From NCBI GenBank assembly GCA_963827635.1, contig CAWHBV010000009.1:204573-268572 (forward strand): 64,000 nt of DNA, written 5' to 3'. The stretch's first letter is position 1. Each line of letters starts with the position of its first letter. The translations under genes and the position numbers were made by a program. The DNA is from an uncultured bacterium. Lineage in GTDB: Bacteria > Acidobacteriota > Aminicenantia > Aminicenantales > Saccharicenantaceae. Shown one piece after another: positions 20,793 through 31,441 of the stretch. The notes under the pieces are model-generated. The model saw nothing but the letters and a program-made list of their open reading frames with translations. It was not told the origin of the DNA and ran no database searches.

Positions 20793-21493
20793 ATGAACAC
20801 CATGAGAAAGCTCATTGCGATCGCGGCGTTGGCGGTGGTGGGATTCGCGGCCATGGGCAGCGGCGGCCGGGCCGGACCGGGCGGCCCTGGCCAAGAAACA
20901 GAGCTCGCTTTCGTCCGAATACAGCCTGGCCAAGGATTCGAACTTCTATTTCGTGTTCGACGTGCCTCGGCCGGAAGCTCGAGCTCAGGGTCCGCGGCAT
21001 GGTCCTCAGGACCTGGCCCCTGCAGGCGATGAGGTTCTGGGGACGGCCCGATCTCGCGGGATCGGTCGCGCTCGTCCGAAAAACGACGCTCAAGGCCCCC
21101 GAGCGGATCGTCATCAAGCCGGGAGAAGAAGAGGAGGCCGTTCCGGCGCCGGCGCCCCGGCCGCGAAGCCCGCAGCGTCGGCCGCAGCCCCGGCGACCGC
21201 CGCGGATTTCGATCTCGAAGCCCTCGAGCTGAGGGACATGCCCAAGAGGTTCAGCTTCGACTTCGACAACGGCCTCCACGTCACGATCAAAGCCAAGAAC
21301 GCCGGCGAGCGGGGGTTCGCGGGGACTTTGACGGACGCCTGGCGCTGGTACGTCGATCTGCCCCTGAGGAACCTCTTCGGCTCGCGGGAAGGGAAGGCGA
21401 TTTCCGAGCTGGAGCTGACGTTCGACGAGGAGAAGGACGCCCAAGTCCATCTACTGGCATTTCTTCGACGGGATCAAGGGCATAATTCTCTAG
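20793..21493 (+). CDS. Secreted LDT-like (non-catalytic) hypothetical protein; four frame changes as read.
   Basis: The signal peptide is MNTMRKLIAIAALAVVGFAAMG. The segments ALAKKQSSLSSEYSLAKDSNFYFVFDV / RKLELRVRGMVLRTWPLQAMRFWG...IKPGEEEE / AAKPAASAAAPATAADFDLEALELRDMPKRFSFDFDNGLHVTIKAKN...ELELTFDEEKDAQ / IYWHFFDGIKGIIL lie in alternating frames. Confidence 0.55.
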
Positions 21494-21548
21494 AACCTCT
21501 TGAAAATAAAGGTTTATATAGAACATCGGAAAAACTTGTGATTAATAC

Positions 21549-21577
21549 TTGACAACAGATCACTAAGATTTTATAAT
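21549..21577 (+). promoter_or_regulatory. Consensus sigma70 promoter of the dnaK operon (TTGACA, 17 nt, TATAAT)
   Basis: A perfect -35 (21549-21554) and -10 (21572-21577) with a 17-nt spacer in an AT-rich spacer. The RBS AGGAGG is at 21602-21607. Confidence 0.65.
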
Positions 21578-21590
21578 ATCAACTTACTAA

Positions 21591-23561
<1,971 letters not shown>

Positions 23562-23626
23562 GCCCGGCGGCCTCTGACGGATAGAATGGGGTCCGAACGG
23601 GCCCCGCGGCTGTCCGAGGTGCGGTC

Positions 23627-24756
23627 ATGGCGAAAGATTACTATCAGATCCTGGGTGTCGCCAAGGGGGCGGCCCTCGCCGACATCAAGAAGGCCTACCG
23701 GAAGCTCGCCCGCAAATATCATCCGGACCTCAATCCCGGGGACAAGACCGCCGAAGCGCGGTTCAAAGAGATCCAGGAGGCTTATGCGGTCCTCAGCGAC
23801 ACGAAGAAGCGCGCCCAGTACGACCAGTTCGGCGACCTCGGCGGGACCGCGGGGGGACCGGGACCGGGCGGGCCGGGCGGACCCGGGGGCCCGGGCTTCG
23901 AGGGCTTCGATTTCTCGGACTACGGCTCTTCGACCTTCCGGGATTTCTTCGAGAACATCTTCCGGGGGGGCGGGGTCCAGGGGGCCCAGGCCGCGGCCGG
24001 AGGGCCGGAGCGCGGCGAAGACCTCCAATACTCGATGCAGCTCGGCTTCGAGGACGCCATCCACGGCGTCCAATCCCGCATCCGGATCAACCGGCTCGGG
24101 GCGTGCGACGCCTGCGGCGCGCACGGCCACGTCTCCGGCGGCCGGAGGAGGCCCTGCCCGAGCTGCGGCGGAAGCGGCCGGGGCACCGTCCAGCGCGGCT
24201 TCATGAGGTTCGCGGGCGCCTGTCCGGCCTGCGGCGGAACGGGCCAGACCCCGGGGGAGGCCTGCCGGGCCTGCGGCGGGCAGGGCACGGCCCCGAAGTC
24301 CGACCTCATCAACGTCCGCATCCCGGCCGGGGTCGACAACGGTTCGAAGGTGCGGGTGCCGGGCCGGGGCAACGCCGGGCGCAACGGCGGCCCTCCGGGC
24401 GACCTCTTCATCGTCATCGAAGTCGCCCCGCACGCCTATTTTCCGCACGGGAGGGGGCCGACATCTCGGTCAAGGTGCCGATCACGGTGCCCGAGGCCAC
24501 GCTCGGGGCGAAGGTCGAGGTGCCGACCCTCTGGGGCCGGACCACCATCCGCATCCCGCCGGGGACGAAGTCGGGCCAGAAGTTCCGGATCAAGCAGCAG
24601 GGCGCGCCCGCCGCCGGCGGCAGGGGCCGCGGCGACGAGTTCGCCGAGGTGACGATCGTTCCGCCCCCGCACGACGACGAGCGGGTCCGGGAGCTGATGA
24701 AGGAATTGCAGAAGGTCTCGGGCCCGAACCCGAGGGAGACGACGGGGATGAACTGA
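23627..24756 (+). CDS. dnaJ: DnaJ-family co-chaperone with four CxxCxGxG zinc-finger repeats; frameshifted as read near 24448.
   Basis: J domain (DYYQILGV...YHPDLNPGD), a Gly-rich linker, and [32 protein letters not shown] repeats. The C-terminal part is in ORF 24103..24756. Confidence 0.88.
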
Positions 24757-24757
24757 G

Positions 24758-25171
24758 ATGAAAAAGCCGCGTCCGGAAAAGAAGAAGGGCCCCAGCAAGT
24801 ACTACCACATCTCCAGCGTCTCCGAGATGTACAGCATCCACCCGCAGACCCTCCGGCTCTACGAGCGGGAAGGCCTGCTCACGCCCTCCCGGAGCGAGGG
24901 CAACACCCGGCTCTACTCGGCCGAGGACCTCAAGAGGCTCGAGCTCATCCTCAACCTGATCCGGGAGCTCGGGGTGAACCTGGCCGGCGTCGAGGTCATC
25001 CTCAACATGCGGGCCAAGATCGAGCGCATCGAGGGCGAGGTCAACGAGTTCCTCGAGTACGTCCAGCGCGAGTTCTTCGTGGGCAAAGAGCAGGAGTTCG
25101 AGGCCCGGAAGAGGGCCCTGGTCAGCGTCCGGCCGGGCGGCGTGGTCAAGGTCCGGTCCGGCGACGAGTGA
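24758..25171 (+). CDS. hspR: MerR-family heat-shock regulator (HspR/CbpM-like)
   Basis: YHISSVSEMYSIHPQTLRLYEREGLLTPSRSEGNTRLYS is a MerR helix-turn-helix. Its position directly after dnaK-dnaJ fits this call. Confidence 0.8.
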   Translation: MKKPRPEKKKGPSKYYHISSVSEMYSIHPQTLRLYEREGLLTPSRSEGNTRLYSAEDLKRLELILNLIRELGVNLAGVEVILNMRAKIERIEGEVNEFLEYVQREFFVGKEQEFEARKRALVSVRPGGVVKVRSGDE

Positions 25172-25174
25172 GGC

Positions 25175-26018
25175 ATGGATCCCAGGGATTTCGTCGATTC
25201 GAGGAATCTCAGGCATTACCTGGAGGAGATCTCCAAGTTCCCGGCCCTGACCGACGAGGAGGAGAAAAGGCTCGGCGAGAGGATCCGCGCGGGGGACATG
25301 GACGCCGTCCAGGCCCTGGTCAAGTCCAACCTCAAGTTCGTCGTCTCCTACGTCAAGAAGTACCGGGGCATGGGTCTGGGACTGCTCGACCTCATCGACG
25401 AGGGCAACGTCGGGCTGATCGAGGCGGCCAAGCGCTTCGACCCGACGAGGGGCGTCCGCTTCGTCTCCTACGCCGTCTGGTGGATCCGCCAGGCCATCAT
25501 CCACGCCCTGACGCTCTATTCCCGCGCCTACGCCATCCCCCAGAAGCTGGCCGACCAGATCTCGCTCATGAGACGGAAGACCGCCGAGCTCAAGAGCGCC
25601 CTGGGCCGCGATCCCAACCGGGAGGAGATCGGCCGGGCCATGGGCATCTCCGAGACCGACGTCGAGGACCTCGAGATCCTGGCCGAGAGGAACCTGTCCC
25701 TGAGCGACAGGGTCAACGACGACGACTCTCGAGGTCGAGGACAGGATCAGCGACGCCGCGACGCCCTCGATCGAATATCAGATCATCAAGGCCTCCGTTC
25801 AGGCGCAGATCAGGGGGATCCTCGGGGAATTGGATGAAAAAGAGGCACTTGTGCTAAAATTGAGGTTCGGGCTGGACGACGACAGGCCCCGGACCCTCCA
25901 GGAGATCGGGGCCCAGCTCAAGCTGACCCGGGAGAGGATCCGCCAGATCGAACAGAAGGCCATGAGGAAGCTCAGCCGGTCGACGAAGCTCCAACATCTC
26001 AAGGGATACCTGAATTGA
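25175..26018 (+). CDS. RNA polymerase sigma factor, sigma-70 family (group 2/3-like, about 280 aa); frameshifted as read near 25727.
   Basis: Region 2 (LVKSNLKFVVSYVKKYRGMGLGLLDLIDEGNVGLIEAAKRFD...FVSYAVWWIRQAI) and region 4 (LQEIGAQLKLTRERIRQIEQKAMRKL) lie in two frames. No RpoH box was seen. Confidence 0.85.
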
Positions 26019-26762
26019 GCGACAAAGACGGTCTGCGGCAGGTGCCAGGGGACGGGCTGGCTCCTCGAGGACGCCGGCGGCTCCCAGGTGGCCAAGAGGT
26101 GCGCCTGTTTCGGCGAGCGCTGCAAGCAGGCCCTGTTCGACCAGGCCAACATCCCGCGCCGCTACCAGGTCTGCAGCCTGGACAACTTCGAGGTCCACAA
26201 CGACTCCCACCGGGACGCGCTCAAGATCTCGCGCCAGTTCGTCAAGAACTTCCCGGCCCAGGACGTCGGTCTCGTCTTCATCGGCCCCTGCGGGGTGGGG
26301 AAGACCCACCTGGCCGTGGCCATCCTCCAGGAGCTCATCCGGACCAAGGACGCCTCCTGCATCTTCTACGATTTCCGGGACCTCATCCGGGAGATCCAGA
26401 GCACCTTCACCCCCGAGTCCACCCTTTCGGAGTCGGACATCCTCGCCCCGGTCTTCTCGTCCGAGGTCCTGGTCCTCGACGAGCTCGGGGCCAAGAGGAC
26501 GACGGCCTGGGTCGAGGAAACCGTCTTCTACATCATCAACCACCGCTACAACCACAAGAAGCTGACCATCTTTACGACGAACTATCCGGACATCGACGAG
26601 GAAGAGGACAAAAGGGACTCGTTCTACAAGAAGGGCGGGGACAACCTGATCGACCGCATCGGCGTCCGGCTCCGCTCGCGCATCTACGAGATGTGCAAGG
26701 TCGTCGAGATCGGCGGCGACGACTACCGCAAGATGGCCAAGCAGGCCAGCTACCGGTTTTAA
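26015..26762 (+). CDS. DnaC/DnaI-like AAA+ helicase-loader-type ATPase with an N-terminal Cys-rich zinc ribbon; frameshifted as read near 26029.
   Basis: TTG at 26015 overlaps the sigma factor stop. The sequence has VCGRCQGTGW...KRCACFGERC, then ANIPRRY..SLDNF, Walker A GPCGVGKTHLA and Walker B VLVLDELG. Confidence 0.75.
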
Positions 26763-26791
26763 TCCTACTTCGCTCGGGTGGCGTTCCCCAT

Positions 26792-26819
26792 TTGCCTTTT
26801 GAGTCCCTCGTGCTAAATT
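26792..26819 (+). promoter_or_regulatory. Possible tRNA promoter (TTGCCT, 16 nt, TAAATT)
   Basis: Read directly, 13 nt upstream of the tRNA 5' end. Confidence 0.3.
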
Positions 26820-26831
26820 ATTGCGGCCTGC

Positions 26832-27089
26832 TCCTCGGTAGCTCAATCGGCAGAGCGGGTGGCTGTTCGCGGAAGCGGAGAAAGGTAATCCTGAGCCAAG
26901 CCTCATCCCGGCGGGATGAGGAAGGTGCAGAGACTAGAGCATCGCTCGTACCGCGGCCCGTGGCCGCGGGAAGCGCCCGGCACCCTCAGCCCTAATTCGG
27001 GACGGGTGAAGAGATAGTCCAAGCCCAGAAGAAATTTTGGGGCACTTGTAACCACTAGGTTGCAGGTTCGAGTCCTGCCCGAGGAGCCA
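26832..27089 (+). tRNA. tRNA-Asn(GUU) gene interrupted in the anticodon loop by a 182-nt intron (exons 26832-26866 and 27049-27089, CCA encoded)
   Basis: Cloverleaf folded by hand: acceptor UCCUCGG/CCGAGGA, U8, D arm GCUC-AAUCGGCA-GAGC, anticodon stem GGUGG/CCACU, loop CUGU|UAA, variable AGGUU, T arm GCAGG-UUCGAGU-CCUGC, G73, CCA. It closely resembles E. coli tRNA-Asn. Confidence 0.85.
26867..27048 (+). ncRNA. Group I intron, related to the IC3 tRNA-Leu/tRNA-Ile intron family, with an atypically short 5' domain
   Basis: Core strings GGUAAUCCUGAGCCAAGCC (26884-26902), GGUGCAGAGACUAGA (26924-26938) and AAGAGAUAGUCC (27009-27020). P7 pairs GACUA with UAGUC. The P6 hairpin spans 26901-26921 and a GAAA-capped P9 spans 27024-27041. 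A U precedes the 5' splice site and a terminal G is at 27048. Confidence 0.72.
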
Positions 27090-27173
27090 TTTTCGATCCG
27101 CTTCGCTATTCCCTTGCATTCCCCGAGGTCCTTCCTGTAGCATAAGCTCAATTCGATCGAGGGGGAGACGCCC

Positions 27174-28238
27174 ATGGTCTTTCATCGCCGGCTCGACTTC
27201 GTCATCATGGCTGCTGTGGGACTGATCGTCCTGTCGGGACTTTCCGGCTGCGGGGCGAAGGAAGAGCCCGAGGACACGACGCCCGATATCTACACCTGTG
27301 CGGGCGCCCCGGCGAGCTGCCTGCGGATCGCTTCCGGCTGGACCCTCGAAGGCACGGTCCTGAGCCAGGGCCAGACCGGCAACGGCGGCCCGGACCCGTT
27401 CATCGTGCGGCTCGACGACGGCCGCTACAGGCTCTATTATGCCGTCTCCGACGTCCCGGCGGATCCCGACTGGTGGGGCATGGTCAGCTGGATCTCCGAC
27501 GACGGGCTTCATTTCACCAAAGAAGCGGGCTACCGGTACGAAGATTACACCCTGTTCCAGCACTGTATCGTCCGCAACACCGACGGGACCTGGCGGATGT
27601 ACTGGCTCGACCAGAAACAGGGCCAGGTCAACGGGCGGGGATACAAGGCCATCCGGAGCGCCCTGTCGACCGACGGCGGCGCAACGTTCACGGCCGAGGC
27701 CGGTGAGCGGCTGACCTTTACGGGAACCGGCTACGAGCTGAACGGGATCGGATCGGGAAGGGCCATCCGGCTCGCAAGCGGCGAGATCCGGCTGTACTAT
27801 GCGGGCATCGGCTCTGATCACGGCCGGACCCTGAGCGCGATCTCCCCGAACGGCCTGGATTTCACGCGGGAGGACGGCGTCCGCCTGGATATCCTCTGCC
27901 CGCCGGAGGCCGGCCTCAACGGCGTTTCGCCCGTGATCGACGCGACGGGAACGTTCCGTATCTTCCTGTGGGGGACACGGTGTACGGGCAATTACGTCAA
28001 CTCCAAGGACGGGATCTTCGACGGCACGACCCCGGAGGGCCTGACGATCACGATCTCGAATTCCCCCCTCATCCAGGGCTATTCCAAGGACGGGACGATG
28101 AATACGTGGATCCATCCCGAGGATTTCACCGTCGTCCAGACGCCCCAGGGACTCAGGCTCTATTTCATCCTCTACGGACCGAACGGGCCGGTGACCGAGA
28201 CGGCGCTCTACAGCGTCATCAACACGTCGATCAAGTGA
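27174..28238 (+). CDS. Secreted beta-propeller lipoprotein (glycoside-hydrolase/sialidase-like fold), function unknown
   Basis: Lipobox LSGLSGC. Repeated blade-like motifs (DDGRYRLYY, SDDGLHFTKE, TDGTWRMYW, STDGGATFTAE Asp-box, SGEIRLYY, SPNGLDFTRE). The frame is intact. Confidence 0.75.
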   Translation: MVFHRRLDFVIMAAVGLIVLSGLSGCGAKEEPEDTTPDIYTCAGAPASCLRIASGWTLEGTVLSQGQTGNGGPDPFIVRLDDGRYRLYYAVSDVPADPDWWGMVSWISDDGLHFTKEAGYRYEDYTLFQHCIVRNTDGTWRMYWLDQKQGQVNGRGYKAIRSALSTDGGATFTAEAGERLTFTGTGYELNGIGSGRAIRLASGEIRLYYAGIGSDHGRTLSAISPNGLDFTREDGVRLDILCPPEAGLNGVSPVIDATGTFRIFLWGTRCTGNYVNSKDGIFDGTTPEGLTITISNSPLIQGYSKDGTMNTWIHPEDFTVVQTPQGLRLYFILYGPNGPVTETALYSVINTSIK

Positions 28239-28293
28239 GGACGGATCCCCGGCCGCCCGGGGGCTTTGTCGCGTTAACGCAAATTTGTCCCAA

Positions 28294-28310
28294 CCTTAAT
28301 CGTTCCTTAA
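28294..28310 (+). promoter_or_regulatory. Candidate Pho-box-like direct repeat (CCTTAA, 5 nt, CCTTAA; 11-bp period) upstream of the porin gene
   Basis: Read directly. A TATCAT -10-like hexamer lies at 28322-28327, 11 nt downstream. The context is the Pho regulon. Confidence 0.3.
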
Positions 28311-28362
28311 CCCGGTCTCCCTATCATGCGGGTGTACGAAACCTCTATAAGGAGACCGGAGA

Positions 28363-29532
28363 ATGCGCAAAATCCTGAAGAAAGCCACCGACATCGCCCT
28401 GGGCATCCTGATGCTGCCCATGGTCAGCGTCATGAGCCTGATGGCCCAGACGACCACGCCCCCGCCGCAGACCTTTTCCGCCACCGTCTATTTCGATTAC
28501 AGGGCTTTCCTGACGAACGACGGTCCCCTCACCCTCAAGCCGGCTGCCGACACCTCCGCCTACAAGAGCAACGCCTTCCTGTTCCGCCGGGCCTACTTCA
28601 CCTACGAGAACAAGATCAACGACAACCTCAAGTTCCGCTTCCGCATCGACGCCGACAACACCTCCAACGTCACCGGCGTCACCACGACGGGCTCGCCCGT
28701 GACCGGCGTCACCACGAGCACCGACGGCAAGCTGCGGCCCTTCATGAAGCACCTCTACCTCGAGTACTCGAACTTCCTCGTCCCCAAGATGGTCCTCAAC
28801 GTCGGCATGATCGAGACCCTGACCTTCAAGCCGGCCGAGGAGCGCTGGGGCTACCGCAGCGTCGCCAAGACACTGCTCGACGGCTACCGGGACATCACCA
28901 AGAAGGACATCCTGACGACGAGCGCCGACATCGGCGTCACCCTCAAGTATTCCTTCACCAAGTTCTTCCGCGTGGCCGCGGGCCTCTACAACGGCTCCCA
29001 CTACAGCAAGGAGGAGACCGACCAGTTCAAGGAGATCGAGCTCCAGGCCCAGTTCACGCCCATCGCCGGCGTTTCGATCGTCGGCTACATGGACCACGAA
29101 CGGAAGCTCCCCGTGGCTTCCCTGCCCGACGAGACCAAGCCTGCCCAGTCCATCTACAAGGTCGACGCCTTCTTCGAACGGATCAAGGACCTCGTCCTCG
29201 GCTTCGAATGGTTCACCTTCAAGAACGACCTCTACCAGACGGCCGGGGAGAAGTACGACGTCGGCGGCTGGTCCGCGTTCGGCCGCTACACGATCGAGCC
29301 GGACAAGATGGCCCTCTTCGCCCGCTACGACGACTACATGCCGAACAGCCTCGACCGGGACCTCGATATGAGCCTGGTCATCGTCGGCCTCGACTGGGCC
29401 CCCTACAACAAGAGCTGGAAGCTCCAGCCGAACGTCTGGTTCACCAGCTATCAGGACGGCACCCGCTATAACGCCTCCGCCGCGAAGAACAGCGACGTCA
29501 CGTTCAACCTGACGTTCTTCCTGTCCTTCTGA
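28363..29532 (+). CDS. Outer-membrane porin, probably phosphate-selective (OprO/OprP-like)
   Basis: Signal peptide, alternating beta-strand pattern and C-terminal ...NLTFFLSF. It lies immediately upstream of pstS. The frame is intact. Confidence 0.78.
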   Translation: MRKILKKATDIALGILMLPMVSVMSLMAQTTTPPPQTFSATVYFDYRAFLTNDGPLTLKPAADTSAYKSNAFLFRRAYFTYENKINDNLKFRFRIDADNTSNVTGVTTTGSPVTGVTTSTDGKLRPFMKHLYLEYSNFLVPKMVLNVGMIETLTFKPAEERWGYRSVAKTLLDGYRDITKKDILTTSADIGVTLKYSFTKFFRVAAGLYNGSHYSKEETDQFKEIELQAQFTPIAGVSIVGYMDHERKLPVASLPDETKPAQSIYKVDAFFERIKDLVLGFEWFTFKNDLYQTAGEKYDVGGWSAFGRYTIEPDKMALFARYDDYMPNSLDRDLDMSLVIVGLDWAPYNKSWKLQPNVWFTSYQDGTRYNASAAKNSDVTFNLTFFLSF

Positions 29533-29585
29533 CGCGGCCCGGACGCGCTTCGACGGATATCACGATAACGCAAAGGAGATATGAG

Positions 29586-30488
29586 ATGAAAAGAACGAAG
29601 ATCCTCACCGCCCTGGCCCTGGCCGTGCTCGGGCTGGCCGGCCTCGCCGCCGCCCAGCGGGCCAAGATGATCCAGATCAAGGGCTCCGACACCATGGTCA
29701 ACCTCGTCCAGATCCTGGCCGAGGAGTACATGGGCAAGAACCCCGGCGCGGCCATCGCCGTCCTCGGCGGCGGTTCCGGCACCGGCATCACCGGCCTGAT
29801 CAACCAGACCTGCGACATCGCCAACAGCTCCCGCGAATGGAAGCCCAAGGAGATCGACCAGGCCTGGGACAAGGGCGTCACGCCCCGTCCCTTCGTCGTC
29901 GCCGTCGACGGCCTGAGCATCATCGTCAACGAGAAGAACCCCATCGCCCGGCTGACGGTGGCCCAGGTCGGGGCCCTCTACCGCGGCGAGATCAAGAATT
30001 GGAAGGCGGTCGGCGAATTCGCCAAGCCCGTCTCCCTCTACGGCCGGCAGTCCAATTCCGGCACCTACGTCTTCATGCAGGAGTTCGTTCTCGGCAACAA
30101 GAACTACTCGACCGACATGAAGGAGATGAACGGGAACGCCCAGATCATCGAGGGCGTCATCCAGGACGAGGGGGCCGTGGGTTACGTCGGCGTCGGCTAC
30201 CTCTTCGACGAGAAGGGCCAGGTCCGCAAGGGCCTCAAGATCCTCGAGATCTCCAAGGAACCCGGCGGGCCGGCCTACCTGCCGACCGACAAGGCCGCCG
30301 TCGACTCCGGCGATTACCCGATCGCCCGGCCCCTCTACATGGCCACCAACGGCAAGCCCAAGGGCGACGCGGCCAAGCTCCTGGCCTGGATCGTCGGCCC
30401 CGAGGGCCAGGCCATCGTCGCGCGCGAGGGTTTCTTCACGGTCGGCGAAGGCAAGTACAAGGCCGCCAACGACAAGAACTTCAAGTGA
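29586..30488 (+). CDS. pstS: Phosphate ABC transporter substrate-binding protein
   Basis: IKGSDTMVNLVQ...GGGSGTGI...SNSGTY motifs plus a signal peptide. Confidence 0.93.
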   Translation: MKRTKILTALALAVLGLAGLAAAQRAKMIQIKGSDTMVNLVQILAEEYMGKNPGAAIAVLGGGSGTGITGLINQTCDIANSSREWKPKEIDQAWDKGVTPRPFVVAVDGLSIIVNEKNPIARLTVAQVGALYRGEIKNWKAVGEFAKPVSLYGRQSNSGTYVFMQEFVLGNKNYSTDMKEMNGNAQIIEGVIQDEGAVGYVGVGYLFDEKGQVRKGLKILEISKEPGGPAYLPTDKAAVDSGDYPIARPLYMATNGKPKGDAAKLLAWIVGPEGQAIVAREGFFTVGEGKYKAANDKNFK

Positions 30489-30547
30489 GTTGACGACCCG
30501 GCCCGGATAACATACAGTCCGCAAAAGAAGAAGGCTTTGATCGAGCG

Positions 30548-31441
30548 ATGCGAAGCAAGAAGCGCCGAGATATCAAAGAGGCCGCGATCAAGGCCTTCTT
30601 CTTCACCTGCGGCATCCTGGCCGTCCTCGTCCTGGCCGGCATCTTCCTGACCCTCCTCGCCACGGCCGTCCCGGCCTTCCGGGAGATCCGGCTCTCCGAG
30701 TTCCTGGGGAATACCCGGTGGGACCCCACCTCTCCCGAAAAGGCCGAGTACGGCCTGCTGTCCATGATCGCGAGCACGCTTCTGGTCACCGTCGGATCCC
30801 TGCTCCTGGCCGTCCCCATCGGCATCGGCGTCGCGGCCTACCTCTCGGACGTCGCCCATTGGCGGGTCCGGGAGGTCCTCAAACCTATCGTCGAGATCCT
30901 GGCCGGCATCCCCTCCGTCGTCGTCGGCTTCCTGGGCATCGTCCTCTTCGGGCCGTTCCTGGCCAGGTTCTTCCATACCGGCAACGGCCTGAACGCCCTC
31001 AACGGCAGCATCCTCCTGGCCATCATGGCCCTGCCGACGATCATCAGCATCTCCGAGGATTCCCTCAACGCCGTGCCCCGCACCTACGCCGAGGCCTCGC
31101 TGGCCCTCGGCGCCTCCCGCTGGCAGACCCTCGTCCGGGTCAAGCTGCCCGCCGCCCTGTCCGGCATCGTCGCCGCGACCATGCTCGGCATGGGCCGGGC
31201 CATCGGCGAGACCATGACCGTTCTCATGGCGACGGGGAACGCCCGGTCGTTCCCGCACGGGCTCCTCGACTCGGTCCGGACCATGACGGCGAACATCGCC
31301 ATCGAGCTCGGCGAGGTGCCCTATTACACGACCCACTACTACGCGCTCTTCGCCATCGGCCTGGTCCTGTTCATCATGACCTTCGCCGTCAACCTCGTCG
31401 CCGACGTCGTCCTCCGGAAATACCAGGAGAGGGAGCAATGA
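30548..31441 (+). CDS. pstC: Phosphate ABC transporter permease PstC
   Basis: A polytopic permease with an EAA-like loop ([20 protein letters not shown]). Confidence 0.93.
   Translation: MRSKKRRDIKEAAIKAFFFTCGILAVLVLAGIFLTLLATAVPAFREIRLSEFLGNTRWDPTSPEKAEYGLLSMIASTLLVTVGSLLLAVPIGIGVAAYLSDVAHWRVREVLKPIVEILAGIPSVVVGFLGIVLFGPFLARFFHTGNGLNALNGSILLAIMALPTIISISEDSLNAVPRTYAEASLALGASRWQTLVRVKLPAALSGIVAATMLGMGRAIGETMTVLMATGNARSFPHGLLDSVRTMTANIAIELGEVPYYTTHYYALFAIGLVLFIMTFAVNLVADVVLRKYQEREQ

Noticed and set aside
26015-26762. An IS21-type IstB helper ATPase, which would imply a mobile element.
   Set aside because: There is no IstA transposase, terminal inverted repeat or target duplication nearby. The gene is translationally coupled to the sigma factor gene and has a DnaI-like zinc ribbon, so a cellular loader-like ATPase is more likely.
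26760-28240. A genomic island integrated at the tRNA-Asn gene.
   Set aside because: There is no integrase, no direct repeat of the tRNA 3' end downstream and no compositional break that I can see. The downstream genes are core Pho regulon functions.
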